The notes below the pieces were generated by a model that worked only from the letters and a program-made list of their open reading frames with translations, did not search any database and was not told the origin of the DNA. The position numbers and the translations under genes are program-made. A stretch of 62,467 bases of DNA, filler included. It is 6 parts of 6 records of this genome, joined end to end, with 100 filler letters (N's around TTAATTAATTAA, not from the genome) between each part and the next. Parts side by side here need not be neighbours in the genome. Positions count along the whole stretch, not along the records: positions 21,614 to 30,535 come from SRR31156797_581; positions 30,636 to 47,956 come from SRR31156797_582; 4 more parts are not named here. The stretch is one strand, 5' to 3'. How positions within the stretch are numbered: the first letter of the stretch is position 1; the number at the start of each line of letters is the position of its first letter. Of this stretch, positions 27,967 through 38,586 are shown in pieces.

Positions 27967-28893
27967 TTAAAAATAAAAAGCGATCACTGCTTTACAAAAA
28001 CCATTTTGAATGACAGGGATTGCAAGAACATTATCACAATCATTTGGTGAATGTACTAAAGAACTAGACTTATCTAAGATAGGCATCCCTTTTTTCCATG
28101 CTTGTCCAAGAATTGTTTCATCTTTACTAAGTTGTACTCCAGCATAAGTTTCTTGTAGATCAATATCTCCATGACTATATCCATCTTTAAAAGAGAGTGT
28201 TCTTGATTCTTGATCTAGATTCCATATCTCAAATCTTCTAGCAATCGGTGTCCCTTTGGCTGAGAGAAAAGTCATCACAAATCCATCCTCTTCTTTTACC
28301 CATGCTGGGATTGCAAGAGCTGTAGTGATCCCCTCTTGTACTGCTTTTTTTGCTCTCATAAAAGTAGCAGACTCTCCAAGGTTTTTCATGATCATTGGCT
28401 CAGTTGTTTGCCAAACAGTTCCTGGAAGTCCTTGCCCTTTCATGATCTTAATACTTTTAGATATCCACTCAAACTCTTCCATCGTTCCATAGTATCCATT
28501 TACAAGTGCCATCTCTTTTCTTCTCTCACTTGCTTTCCATACTTCAATTGCTCCAGCATGTTCCTCATTATCTCCACATAAAAACACAACCACAGCTTTG
28601 AGATATTCACCAGTAAATATAGGCATAGCAATAGCACAAGTAAGACCAAGACTTTGTACAAGCTCTGTTCTTTTAAAAAATGATTCTTCAAGTTTTGTTA
28701 AAATAATAGGTTGTTTTGAAGCCCAAGCTTTTCCTGGAAGCCCATCATCATAAGCAAAAGTCATATTTTTACTTTGCTCTTCTAACTCTTTTTTATCACC
28801 ATATAATCCAGTTTGTAAAGAAAGCTCTGTTTTACTCTCATTTGGAACCCAAATCTCTGTTGCTTTTATAAAATTTTTCACTTTTTTCTCCAT
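27967..28893 (-). CDS. Stand-alone protein made of three tandem GAF-like repeats
   Basis: Three repeats of about 105 aa: EIW...GLPGKAW...P...AIAMP; EVW...GQGLPGTVW...P...ALAIP; EIW...ILGQAW...P...VLAIP. Confidence 0.8.
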   Translation of the reverse strand: MEKKVKNFIKATEIWVPNESKTELSLQTGLYGDKKELEEQSKNMTFAYDDGLPGKAWASKQPIILTKLEESFFKRTELVQSLGLTCAIAMPIFTGEYLKAVVVFLCGDNEEHAGAIEVWKASERRKEMALVNGYYGTMEEFEWISKSIKIMKGQGLPGTVWQTTEPMIMKNLGESATFMRAKKAVQEGITTALAIPAWVKEEDGFVMTFLSAKGTPIARRFEIWNLDQESRTLSFKDGYSHGDIDLQETYAGVQLSKDETILGQAWKKGMPILDKSSSLVHSPNDCDNVLAIPVIQNGFCKAVIAFYF

Positions 28894-30535
28894 TTATTTT
28901 AATTTTTCAATTTGTACAGCACTATGGTTATAGTCTGGCTCAAAAGATTCTTTATCTAATAAGTCATTGGTAAGATAGTTTATCTCTCTATTACTAATAG
29001 GGATAAAGATCATTTTTGATCGAATATTTTCTGTGATCAAAGCTTTTGTTTTTAGCTCACCTCTTAAAGATCGTACAATGATCTCCTCACCATCTTCTAT
29101 TCCAAGTTCTTTTGCATCTTCAGGATTGATCTCACAAAAGTTCAATCCTTTAAACTTTAAAAGAGTGGTTGGAAGATTTGTTTTTGTTCCTGTATGCCAT
29201 TGATCTCTTGTACGTCCAGTTAAAAGAAGATATGGATATTTTAAAGAGGTTTTTTCACTCATTAGTTTATTTTCTACAAAATAAAGATTCCCTTTTTTAT
29301 TTGGTGTTAAAAACTCTTTTACTTCTTCTCCCCAAATAAATGGCTCTTTTTCTAAGCTTTCGTATGAAGTTTTATAGATATCCATATAAGGATTGAGTTT
29401 TGTCATTGAAGCAAACTCTTCAAATATCTCTTTTGGAGAGCTATAATTAAAATATTTTTTAAACCCTAATCTTTGTGCAATCAATTGAAATATCTCCCAA
29501 TCAGGTTTACAGTCAATTGAGATACGCGTAAGCTTTTCTTGTTTTGTAATGGTTCTATCAAGATTAGTTTGCGTTCCCTCTTTCTCTCCCCAAGGAGCTG
29601 CTGGTAATCTTACATGAGCATATGGAGCACTTTCACTATTTTCATAAGCATTGATTTCAACAACAAAAGGGATTTTTTTCATTAACTCTTCTGTTTTAGC
29701 ACGATTGGGTAAATGGTATATTGGATCAGTATGGCAAATAATTAATACATCAAGATCAGCTTCAAGCATCTGTGTAGCTGTAAGTCCAGCTTTATTATCT
29801 ATTTTATCTGTTCCCCAAAATTCACCCACTTTTTTAATAGATTCATCATCAAATCCAAGATGAACTGCAAGCATAGTAGAAAGTCCACCAACTTCTCTTC
29901 CACCCATAGCATTTGGCTGTCCTGTAAGTGATAGTGGCCCATTTCCTTTTTGAAATATTTTTCCAGTAAGCAGATGTGTATTTATAAGAGCTAGATTTTT
30001 ATCTACCCCTTGAACAGATTGATTGAGTCCCATTGTCCATGCGGTGATAATATTTGGACTTGCTTTATAAAGTTCCCAAAATGCTTCAAACTCATCTTTT
30101 GTAAGCCCTGTTCTTTTAAGCATTTTGGTTACTGCAACTCTTTTAAATTTATTATAAAAAAGTTCAAAATCATTGATGTGATTTTGCGTAAACTCTTTAT
30201 CATATAGTTCTTCATCTAATAATCTTTTAGAAATAAGATTAAAAAAGTCTATATCTGCTCCAGCTTTTATAGGAAGATAGAGATCAGCGATCTTTGCAGT
30301 ATCAGTATATCTTGGATCAATAACTACTACTTTTAAGCCTTGTTTTTTTGCTTTTTTTATCTGATTATGAAACACCACATGAGCCTCTGCAGTATTTGCT
30401 CCAGCTAAGATAAGAAGATCACTATGAAAGATATCATTCATACGCAAAGGAACAAAATCAGCCCCAATAGACTTTTTATATGCAACCACCGCGCTCGCCA
30501 TACATGTTCTACTATTTGTATCTACATTATTAGTT
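28894..30535 (-). CDS. Assimilatory nitrate reductase catalytic subunit (NarB/NasA-like), 5'-truncated
   Basis: Frame is open to the contig end (TNNVDTNSRTCMASA); GANTAEAH, WTMGLNQS, SLTGQPNAMGGREVG, LLTGRTRDQWHTGTKT. Confidence 0.9.
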
Positions 30536-30635
30536 NNNNNNNNNNNNNNNNNNNNNNNNNNNNNNNNNNNNNNNNNNNNTTAATTAATTAANNNNNNNNN
30601 NNNNNNNNNNNNNNNNNNNNNNNNNNNNNNNNNNN
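30536..30635. other. Artificial contig spacer
   Basis: 44 N + TTAATTAATTAA + 44 N. Confidence 0.98.
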
Positions 30636-30854
30636 GTGGACAAAGACCGAAGTATCAATATTTATGCTGTAGTCCAGATATGGATCATATGAAAGCTTAA
30701 TGTTGAATCCCGGAAGAGATCTGCCATCATAATTATGAATAAGTGAGAAGCCTCCTTTTAAACCTACAGATGAACCCGAAAGACCTTTTGCAGATAAAGC
30801 TTGGCTGCAAATGATCAAAAAGATCGCTATTAATATGTTGCGCAACTTAACCAA
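30636..30854 (-). CDS. Exported protein, possibly an outer-membrane beta-barrel; 3'-truncated
   Basis: Signal peptide ending ALSA followed by alternating beta-strand pattern VGLKGGFSL. Confidence 0.55.
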
Positions 30855-32136
30855 GTTTCCTCACCTTTTCAGATAGAACCCCGTCCGTAATATACTTTGA
30901 CTTTCCATTCTTTATTATCACTTTTCCGCTTGCCATTCCCTTTTTCTTCATAACATTTTTTCTCTGTGTATACCAAACTTCTCCGGTCATTCCCTTTTTG
31001 GCTTTACTGTACATCAGAGCAAGAATACAACCTGTCAAAAGGTCTTCGGCCTGAATAGTTTCATTTCGCTTTTGCCTCATCACCACGTGACTTCCTGCAT
31101 GATCCTTCGCATGAAACCACATGTCGTGCATCGATGCGACCTTAAATGTAAGCTCATCATTATCTTTTGAGTCCTTTCCTACAAGAAAAACCCGCCCTTT
31201 GTCACTTTCAAACCTATGATATGGAACGCGTTTTTGATGTTTGTGGTTTTTTCTTCTTTTTTCTTCTTCAATATTTATAGAAATATCTTCAATTGAAAGC
31301 TCGGCTATCTCTTTTGAAATTGTATTAATTCTTTTTATGAGATGATCTTTACCAGCTTTTAGTTTTTTCACGACCTTAAACATCTTTTCCATATTCTGCA
31401 TAACTGTGATCTTCGGATCCAGTGAAATTTTTACCTGAACGCCTTCATTACTACAAACTTCCACCTCTGTTTTTCTGACATTTGGATCAAAAAGGTAAAG
31501 GCTGTTTCTTATCATAGCAGCGTTTTTTGAACTCTCTTTTTCAATATCTGCTTTTGCTAGTTGCTCTTCTTTTAGTTTCTTTAGAAGTTTTTCCAGTTTC
31601 TTCTTTTTCTTTAAGAAGCTCTTTTGCCTTAAAATGTCTTCAGAGTTATCCAAGTCTTGCAGATACTTGTTCTCGAAATAAAAAGGATCTTCACTGGCAG
31701 GCTCAATGTGCTTCATTTCTGTAGACATCTCTTGGAGCTCGCAAACATTTTCATGCTCTTTCCAGACCACATTTTTCTCAGAATCTTCTATATAGATAGA
31801 AGCCTTTTTATAAAGAGGAAGTATCAGTTTACCAGCCATAGTTTCTATAAAAACTACTTTTCCAAGCTCCTTTTTAACACCTGCTGAAATAATTCTGCCA
31901 CTAAAGTTTGCTCTAAGACCCTCTTCTATCCTCGTTATAGTCTGACGTTCATATTTTTTTATATCTTTAACTGGAAAAAAGAGCTTTAGATCAGAATTGT
32001 AATAAATTCCATCTAGATCACACCCAAAGAGTTTAATTAATACTCCGCCATTGCTTCTATAGATATTATTAACAAATGAGCCTCTGGAAGATTCATTGAT
32101 ATATTGTGCTAGTAATGTGATCTCTGACAGATGCAT
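30847..32136 (-). CDS. NFACT (RqcH/FbpA/Rqc2)-family protein with NFACT-R (DUF814) domain and a divergent N-terminus
   Basis: ISLDPKITVMQNMEKMFK..KKLK coiled-coil motif; LVGKDSKDNDELT, DMWFHAKDHAGSHVV, YSKAK. Confidence 0.85.
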   Translation of the reverse strand: MHLSEITLLAQYINESSRGSFVNNIYRSNGGVLIKLFGCDLDGIYYNSDLKLFFPVKDIKKYERQTITRIEEGLRANFSGRIISAGVKKELGKVVFIETMAGKLILPLYKKASIYIEDSEKNVVWKEHENVCELQEMSTEMKHIEPASEDPFYFENKYLQDLDNSEDILRQKSFLKKKKKLEKLLKKLKEEQLAKADIEKESSKNAAMIRNSLYLFDPNVRKTEVEVCSNEGVQVKISLDPKITVMQNMEKMFKVVKKLKAGKDHLIKRINTISKEIAELSIEDISINIEEEKRRKNHKHQKRVPYHRFESDKGRVFLVGKDSKDNDELTFKVASMHDMWFHAKDHAGSHVVMRQKRNETIQAEDLLTGCILALMYSKAKKGMTGEVWYTQRKNVMKKKGMASGKVIIKNGKSKYITDGVLSEKVRKLG

Positions 32137-32137
32137 T

Positions 32138-33466
32138 CTACTTACCGAAGAACGCTTCGATCCTTCTATTCCCAGACGCGTTTCTCGCCCTGTTTCTTGA
32201 CCAGTTTCTCAAGTCTTTAATATTTTCCTCGTAGGTTTTTGAAAGAGGCACCGTCTTCCTTAATATCTCTTCAACAGTTTTCTGGTTAAGATCTTTTTTC
32301 TTTGAAAAAGAGTTGATAAGAGCGTCGATAACAACCTGCTCAATTTCCGCACCACTAAAACCATTTGACAGCTCTGCAAGATCATCCAGATTAAAAGCAT
32401 CCGGACTTCTATCTCTTTTTTTAAGGTGAATTGAAAAAATTTCTTTCCGTTCTTTTGGAGAAGGAAGGTCAACAAAGAAAATTTCATCAAATCTACCTTT
32501 TCTAAGCAATTCCGGTGGTAAAAGAGCAACTCTATTTGCAGTTGCAACAAGAAAAACCGGTACTTTCTTTTCCTGCATCCAAGTCACGAGCCAACCAAGA
32601 ACTCTTCTAATTTCAGCACCTTCCCCTTCTTGCGAAAGAGCTTTTTCGATCTCATCTATCCAAAGTATTATTGGAGCAAAACTCTCAACTTTCAAAACAG
32701 TTTCCCGCAGGAGCTCTTCAACGCTTCGACCTTTTTTAAACAGGTTAATGAAGTCAAGTCTCACAAGCGGAAAATTCCAGATATTTGCAATAACTTTACT
32801 GGTCAGAGATTTTCCACAACCCTGAACTCCAAGCATCAGCATTCCTTTAGGCATCGGGATGCCAAAACTCTGAGCCTTCTTGGAGAAGTTTCCTTTTCTT
32901 TCTACTATCCAGTCCTTAAGATCATCCAGTCCACCGATCTGATCAATTCCATCCTGAATGTTTACAACTTCAAGAACATCATCTTGACGAAGAAGGTTTC
33001 TCTTGTTCTCTAAAACAGTTTCAACAGCTTCAGCTTCATCTATTTGTGAAATTTCCAGAAGGATCTCTTCAATTCTTGAGAAAGGAAATCCTTTGAAGTT
33101 TTCCATTATTGTTTCTTTTGCCCCTTTCGAAAAAGGAAGTTCTTCCAGGTTTTCAGCAAAGATCTTAATATCTGATTTTTCCCGTTCTATAACTGCATGT
33201 TGCAGCAAGATCTCAGGAAGAACCAGGTCTCTGCAATACAAAGTCACATCTCCTGTACCCTGTTTTACATTTTCAAGAAAATTCAATGCTGAGATATCGT
33301 CAGGAAATAGATGTTCACCATAGCTTAAAGCGACGTTTTTGCCCGACTTTACCAATGCAACAACTGCCTCATACATCTTTTCCTTTTTCGGTTCTGCCCA
33401 TTCAACCCTGTCCGGATTACTTTTCGTACTGAATATCGGGTCTTTGCACAAAACTATCTTTAACAT
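32138..33466 (-). CDS. Ycf46-like AAA+ ATPase
   Basis: IGGLDDLKDW, PKGMLMLGVQGCGKS, WIDEIEK, VATAN, LPPELLRKGRFDEIFFVDLP, GFSGAEIEQ. Confidence 0.9.
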   Translation of the reverse strand: MLKIVLCKDPIFSTKSNPDRVEWAEPKKEKMYEAVVALVKSGKNVALSYGEHLFPDDISALNFLENVKQGTGDVTLYCRDLVLPEILLQHAVIEREKSDIKIFAENLEELPFSKGAKETIMENFKGFPFSRIEEILLEISQIDEAEAVETVLENKRNLLRQDDVLEVVNIQDGIDQIGGLDDLKDWIVERKGNFSKKAQSFGIPMPKGMLMLGVQGCGKSLTSKVIANIWNFPLVRLDFINLFKKGRSVEELLRETVLKVESFAPIILWIDEIEKALSQEGEGAEIRRVLGWLVTWMQEKKVPVFLVATANRVALLPPELLRKGRFDEIFFVDLPSPKERKEIFSIHLKKRDRSPDAFNLDDLAELSNGFSGAEIEQVVIDALINSFSKKKDLNQKTVEEILRKTVPLSKTYEENIKDLRNWSRNRARNASGNRRIEAFFGK

Positions 33467-33530
33467 TTCAAAAGTCCTCCGTGAAATTCTTGAGAATTAT
33501 ACTTTATTGATAGCTTTTGGCAAATTAGGG

Positions 33531-34421
33531 TTAAAGACTGTTCTCTAAAATATGATCTCTAAGTGTCTTGGCACTAAATGCAGCCGTTGCATGACCTCTG
33601 TTTATAATCTTTAAAGGGTGGGACCCGTAACACTTTATATGAGCTTTAAGATCTATAAACCTGTCAAACCGTCCAAGAAGTGGAAAAACATTTCTTTTGC
33701 CTATCGTCATAAACTCTTTATCAAAATTCATTATAACCCTTACTTTTTTTAGATTTTCTTTAAAAAGATCACTTGCAAGCGCCTCAAAATCAGACTGGAT
33801 AAAGACCTCCCCAAGCGCCGCTCCGGCAAGAAGAGGAATATAGAAATCCGCCGTGTTAAAAAAAGCGCGATGAAGGTTTGTAACAAACCCGCCAAGACTT
33901 ATCCCGCAAACTGTAATTTTCCCTGAGCCTTTAGAACGAAGCTGATCAATGATCTTCTCGACTAAGACAGCCGTTGAGGACAAAGATGAAGTAATATTTT
34001 TAATATCTCTGTAACTTTTGCTCCTTTTTTTAACAGGCATAACATGAAGAGGAGAAACCAGAGCAATGAGATTTGCCTGCACAGGAAGATTTTCCCTGAC
34101 AAAGATCTTATAAAAAGTATTTCTGGCAAAAGGTCTGATTTTTAATGGTCTTTCACTGTTTCCATGATGATAAATATAAGTCGGATACTGTGAACCAAGC
34201 CATTTTTGAACTTTAAATTGAGGGTTTAGGATTCCTGCCGGTGTATCTGCTTCAACTTTATAAAGTCCAACTCTATTGATCTTAGGAATATCAAATTGGA
34301 TAATCTTAACAAGTTCTGATATCGGAGGACTTTCAATGCTATCGATGAAAAACCTTCTTTTCCCTGCAAACGTTCTTGTAAGATTTACAATCACAGCATC
34401 TACCAACGAATGAATATTCAA
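33531..34421 (-). CDS. Alpha/beta hydrolase fold protein
   Basis: Nucleophile elbow GISLGG; candidate Asp in GRFDRFI and His in RGHAT. Confidence 0.75.
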   Translation of the reverse strand: MNIHSLVDAVIVNLTRTFAGKRRFFIDSIESPPISELVKIIQFDIPKINRVGLYKVEADTPAGILNPQFKVQKWLGSQYPTYIYHHGNSERPLKIRPFARNTFYKIFVRENLPVQANLIALVSPLHVMPVKKRSKSYRDIKNITSSLSSTAVLVEKIIDQLRSKGSGKITVCGISLGGFVTNLHRAFFNTADFYIPLLAGAALGEVFIQSDFEALASDLFKENLKKVRVIMNFDKEFMTIGKRNVFPLLGRFDRFIDLKAHIKCYGSHPLKIINRGHATAAFSAKTLRDHILENSL

Positions 34422-35617
34422 TCCTTTTCTCCCTTTTTTATCTTGTTTGACGGGATCAGCGAAAAGCTCATTTTATCCTTCAAAGTTTTTGAGTCATAGA
34501 AAATCCCTTTCCAGTTTATTCCACCTCTAAACGAGTTAACTATTGAAGAATAGATACAGATAAAAAACGCCACTGTGTAACTGATTGGCGGGAAAAGAAC
34601 TGAGGCAACAGAGTGTCCTAGATGTAAATTTAGAGAATATGTAACTATTAAAGAAATTACGATCGTTAAAATAGAGATTGCCTGAACATAGGCCGAATTA
34701 CTAGCAAAGAACGCACCATAAGGCAGCATGTCAAAAAAGTATGGAACAAGTGCAATCAATGTTAATCGTAAACCTGAAAATCGGCCCATTCCGGCAAAAA
34801 GCGTTCTCCCGACGCCACTAAAAAGCTCATATGTGGAATCGTACCACTTAACACTAACATTCTTTCTGCCAAAGATCATTCCCGGCCTTGCTCCGGCTTT
34901 TGCAAGCTTTTGTCCAAGGGCCATATCATCTATAACATCCATCTTTATTGATTCAAAGCCACCGATCTTTTCAAGCATTGTTCTTTTTACAAGATTAAAT
35001 GATCCTGAACCTGTTGCCCAGTCAGAACCTTTTTTACCGATCTTCCAAGGTTGTGAACCAAAAACAACTGTTCTAATTATTGCAGAAACTCCTGCATCGG
35101 CAAAAAATGAAATTGGAGAAAAAGATGGCAGCATTGCAACATGTTCAAGATCATTTTCAACAGCATGAGCCATTACCTGCCCCATTACTCCACCCCGAAC
35201 AATTATATCGGCATCACTAAAAAGAAGCCAATCACCACTTGAAGCTTCGACACCCTTTTGAAGAGCGTTGAGCTTACCAAGCCATCCGTGTGGAAGCTCT
35301 TTAATATTAACAACTTTCACTCTTTTGTCTTTGCCTGCTGTTTTCTTAACAATTTTAAGAGTTCGGTCAGTACTTCTGTCATTGACGATAATGAATTCAA
35401 TATTAGAATAGGTATCCGAAAGTCTTGACGCAAGCGCCTTTTCAATTGAAGCTTCCTCGTTGCAAGCAGTCATTATCACTGATACTTTTGGCGGATCAGT
35501 CAGTGGTTTATAGCTGAATTTATCAAGCACCTTTACAGACTTGATGGATCGGATCAGAGCGTAAAACTGATACATCCAGATCAAAAGTGAAACTGTAACA
35601 AGAATAGATAGGATCAT
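34418..35617 (-). CDS. Membrane GT2 glycosyltransferase (HpnB/CrtQ-like)
   Basis: SVIMTACNEE, VNDRSTDRT, GWLGKLNAL, FSDAD, DDMALG, TM helices; start placed at ATG 35617 after GGAG. Confidence 0.88.
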   Translation of the reverse strand: MILSILVTVSLLIWMYQFYALIRSIKSVKVLDKFSYKPLTDPPKVSVIMTACNEEASIEKALASRLSDTYSNIEFIIVNDRSTDRTLKIVKKTAGKDKRVKVVNIKELPHGWLGKLNALQKGVEASSGDWLLFSDADIIVRGGVMGQVMAHAVENDLEHVAMLPSFSPISFFADAGVSAIIRTVVFGSQPWKIGKKGSDWATGSGSFNLVKRTMLEKIGGFESIKMDVIDDMALGQKLAKAGARPGMIFGRKNVSVKWYDSTYELFSGVGRTLFAGMGRFSGLRLTLIALVPYFFDMLPYGAFFASNSAYVQAISILTIVISLIVTYSLNLHLGHSVASVLFPPISYTVAFFICIYSSIVNSFRGGINWKGIFYDSKTLKDKMSFSLIPSNKIKKGEKD

Positions 35618-35880
35618 TTCTTTTTTCTCCAAAAAAACTGATTGAATTATATCAACCTCAGAAAAAAAAGGAACTTCCTGCATTCAGATAAAGAATAGAA
35701 AGAAAAGAAAAAGCAAAAACAACAAATCTTCTCAAAAAGAATCTCCCAAAGCAGCATTTAACACAAATTAGTATACATTTTCTTGGAGTTTTGTCACATT
35801 ATTTTAAACAACAGCGTCTCCTTGATTTATTTTAAACTAAAGATATCATTTGAGTGCTAAATATTTTACAGGTTAATTTG

Positions 35881-36465
35881 ATGCGTATTTCAACAAAAAA
35901 GTTTTTCTTTTTGCTAGCACTATTCCTGTTTTGCACAAATCTTTATGCCGTAAAACTTAAAGTTGGAACCGAACTGTCTGTGAACACCATGCCGGAAACT
36001 GCTAGCCAATTTATTCCAAGCTATGGAGCAGTAATTAGCGCGAACTTAGGTCATTTTGAACTCAGCTTGAGTACGGGAAAGTTTTTCAGCATTGTCTCAG
36101 ATCACAACCTTCTTAAAGATGGAGCCTACATTTCGTTTGACCCTGGCGTTCTTATACCTTTATACAAGAAAGAGTCTTTTGAAATAGTTCTAACTTTACC
36201 CATCAAGTTCTCTTACTATGATTATGATTTCTGGGATGGTGACGGATATACTAGTCGCGTAAAAGTAATTCTTTTCGGAGCTAAACCAGAATTCAGTTTT
36301 GAATGGAATTTTCCCAACAACTTTGGGGTGTTCTATTTTATCGGAGTTTCATATTCAAGAGTGGTCGCTGACTTTTCTCATATTGATACAGACTGGTCAG
36401 ACGCACCAGATTACAAAGACTATCTTTATGTTCATATGGGTTCAGGGGTTAGTTATAGCTTCTAA
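35881..36465 (+). CDS. Putative small outer-membrane beta-barrel protein
   Basis: Signal peptide ending LYA, alternating strands, C-terminal GVSYSF. Confidence 0.7.
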   Translation: MRISTKKFFFLLALFLFCTNLYAVKLKVGTELSVNTMPETASQFIPSYGAVISANLGHFELSLSTGKFFSIVSDHNLLKDGAYISFDPGVLIPLYKKESFEIVLTLPIKFSYYDYDFWDGDGYTSRVKVILFGAKPEFSFEWNFPNNFGVFYFIGVSYSRVVADFSHIDTDWSDAPDYKDYLYVHMGSGVSYSF

Positions 36466-36639
36466 GATTTTGAATCAAGACTTTCCGATCATATTTCCAG
36501 CTCCGAGATAATTTTAATGACGTGATCTGCCCATTTTTTCAATTTTCTCTAAAATAAACTTTTCAACATTGTGCCATTTTTCAGTAGGAACTTTGTTAAA
36601 TCCTGCTCTCCTAACAAAAGCAACGCCAAAAGCGTCCTT

Positions 36640-37164
36640 TCATTCATCTTTATGTCCTTTTTCTTCTTCAATGAGTCTTTTTTTGAGCTCTTCAGCTCCG
36701 AAAAACTTTCCGTAACTTCCATCAGCTTTTATAACCCTGTGACAAGGAACAATAAATGGAAAAGGGTTGTTCTTCATGGCTGTTCCAACGGCTCTGGCGG
36801 CTCCGTAGTATCCAGAAAGTGCCGCAAGCTCACCATAACTTAGGGTTTCCCCTCTTTTTGTTTCAAAAAGCTTCTTATAAACTTTCACTCTAAACTCAGG
36901 GATGGCAGTAAAATCAAGATTGTCTAGACTGAAATCAACATGATGACCACTGCAATATTTCTTAATTTTTTCAGCGAGTTGCTTTGTTTCTTCGCAGAGT
37001 CCGGGAACAACATCAGGATGGTTGATTGCGACTCTCTGTTCAACGGTGAAATTAGGAATTGAAATAAGTATCCTTTTTATCTTTTCTTTTGCGCTACTAT
37101 CTTTCCAGATTATTGCAACTGCACCGCAATCTGTGTCAAAAAGGTGAACTTTTACCTTACTCAT
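36640..37164 (-). CDS. ogt: Methylated-DNA-protein-cysteine methyltransferase
   Basis: [16 protein letters not shown], active site PCHRV. Confidence 0.93.
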   Translation of the reverse strand: MSKVKVHLFDTDCGAVAIIWKDSSAKEKIKRILISIPNFTVEQRVAINHPDVVPGLCEETKQLAEKIKKYCSGHHVDFSLDNLDFTAIPEFRVKVYKKLFETKRGETLSYGELAALSGYYGAARAVGTAMKNNPFPFIVPCHRVIKADGSYGKFFGAEELKKRLIEEEKGHKDE

Positions 37165-38452
37165 CGATCATATTTGTCGGAAGACTTTTCTTAGTTTTTA
37201 CGCCGAGTTTTCTAAGCTTTTCAGCCTGTCCAACAAGATTTCCCCTACCTTCTGACAACCTCTTTAAAGCTAGTACATGACTTTCTTTAGCTTTATCAAT
37301 ATTTTCACCCAAGTCTTCTAGTGTTTTAACGAAATTAACGAATCTATCATAAAGTTCAGCGCCTCGTGCTGCTATTTTTTCTGCATTTTTACTTTGATTT
37401 TCTCGTTTCCAAAGATCAGCAACAAGTTTAAGTGCTGCTATCATATTTGTTGGGCTTATAAGAATTATTCTTCTGTCATAGGCATAGTTCCAAAGTCCCG
37501 GATCAGTCTGCAGCGCAAGAACATAAGCCGCCTCATTTGGAATGAACATCATGACAAAATCCAAAGTTGGAGCAAAATCTTCATAGCGCTTGTCACTAAG
37601 TTCATCAATATGCTTTTTAACGGAAATGAGGTGCCTGTCAGCAGCCTTTTTCATTTCATCAGCATCTTCAGAGTTTACATATTCGACATAAGCGGTCAGA
37701 GAAGTCTTTGAATCAACTATTATTTTTCTATTGTCAGGATAGTTGATCACAACATCCGGCTGAAGTTTCTTGCCCTGATCATTTTTGATCATATTTCCAG
37801 CTTCGTCTTTAAGAAACTCCTGCACAAAGTACTCTCTATCTTTAACAAGTCCCGATTTCTCAAGAATATTCTCAAGGATCATCTCGCCCCAATCACCCTG
37901 AGTTTTTGACTCACCCTTTAAAGCACTCGTCAGTTTCTTAGCGTCATCGGAGATCTGATTGTTAAGCTGAACTAGCTTTTCAACCTCTTTTCCCAGCGAG
38001 AAACGCTCCTTTGCTTCTTTGTCGTAAGTCTCTTCAACCTTCTTTTTAAAGTTCTCAATATTTTCCTTAAAAGGCTTAAGGATCGTATCGAGCTTCTCAT
38101 TATTCATCTTTGAGAACTTTTCAGACTTATCATCAAGTATTTTTTGAGCAATGTTCTCAAACTCAACATTGAACTGTTTTTTCATCTGAGAAAACTCAGC
38201 CTTCTGTGTTTCGAGCTTTTCGATCAAACCTTTGTTCTCTGTTTGCGATCTTGCAAGATCTATCTGAAATTCCTCAGCTTTTTTCTGAAGCTCAGTCTCT
38301 TCGGCCTTCAGCTTTTCAAACTGGCTTTTAAGACTTTCAAGCTCAGCAGTCTTTGAAGCAATCACTGCTCCGCTTTTAGATTTTACAAAAAGAACTCCGA
38401 CAACTCCGCCAACAAAACTTCCAGCTAATATTCCAAAAATAAGCTCTATCAT
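37157..38452 (-). CDS. rmuC: DNA recombination protein RmuC
   Basis: N-terminal TM and coiled coil, [35 protein letters not shown]. Confidence 0.93.
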   Translation of the reverse strand: MIELIFGILAGSFVGGVVGVLFVKSKSGAVIASKTAELESLKSQFEKLKAEETELQKKAEEFQIDLARSQTENKGLIEKLETQKAEFSQMKKQFNVEFENIAQKILDDKSEKFSKMNNEKLDTILKPFKENIENFKKKVEETYDKEAKERFSLGKEVEKLVQLNNQISDDAKKLTSALKGESKTQGDWGEMILENILEKSGLVKDREYFVQEFLKDEAGNMIKNDQGKKLQPDVVINYPDNRKIIVDSKTSLTAYVEYVNSEDADEMKKAADRHLISVKKHIDELSDKRYEDFAPTLDFVMMFIPNEAAYVLALQTDPGLWNYAYDRRIILISPTNMIAALKLVADLWKRENQSKNAEKIAARGAELYDRFVNFVKTLEDLGENIDKAKESHVLALKRLSEGRGNLVGQAEKLRKLGVKTKKSLPTNMIDE

Positions 38453-38586
38453 GACACCTCCAAAATTTTCCTATACATAATTATTCAGATTCACTACAAT
38501 AAGACAACAAAAAATCCAAGTACCATTTTCTTCATTTTATCTGAAAATATTATAAACTGTTCGGGAATCTTATTCTTGGAGGTGTC

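Noticed and set aside
36466..36647. Short minus-strand ORFs after ogt (44 aa MNEKDAF... and 31 aa MKRTLLALLLLGEQDLTKFLLKNG..., faintly ankyrin-like)
   Set aside because: Too short, two competing frames and no convincing motif; could be a gene remnant but cannot be supported.
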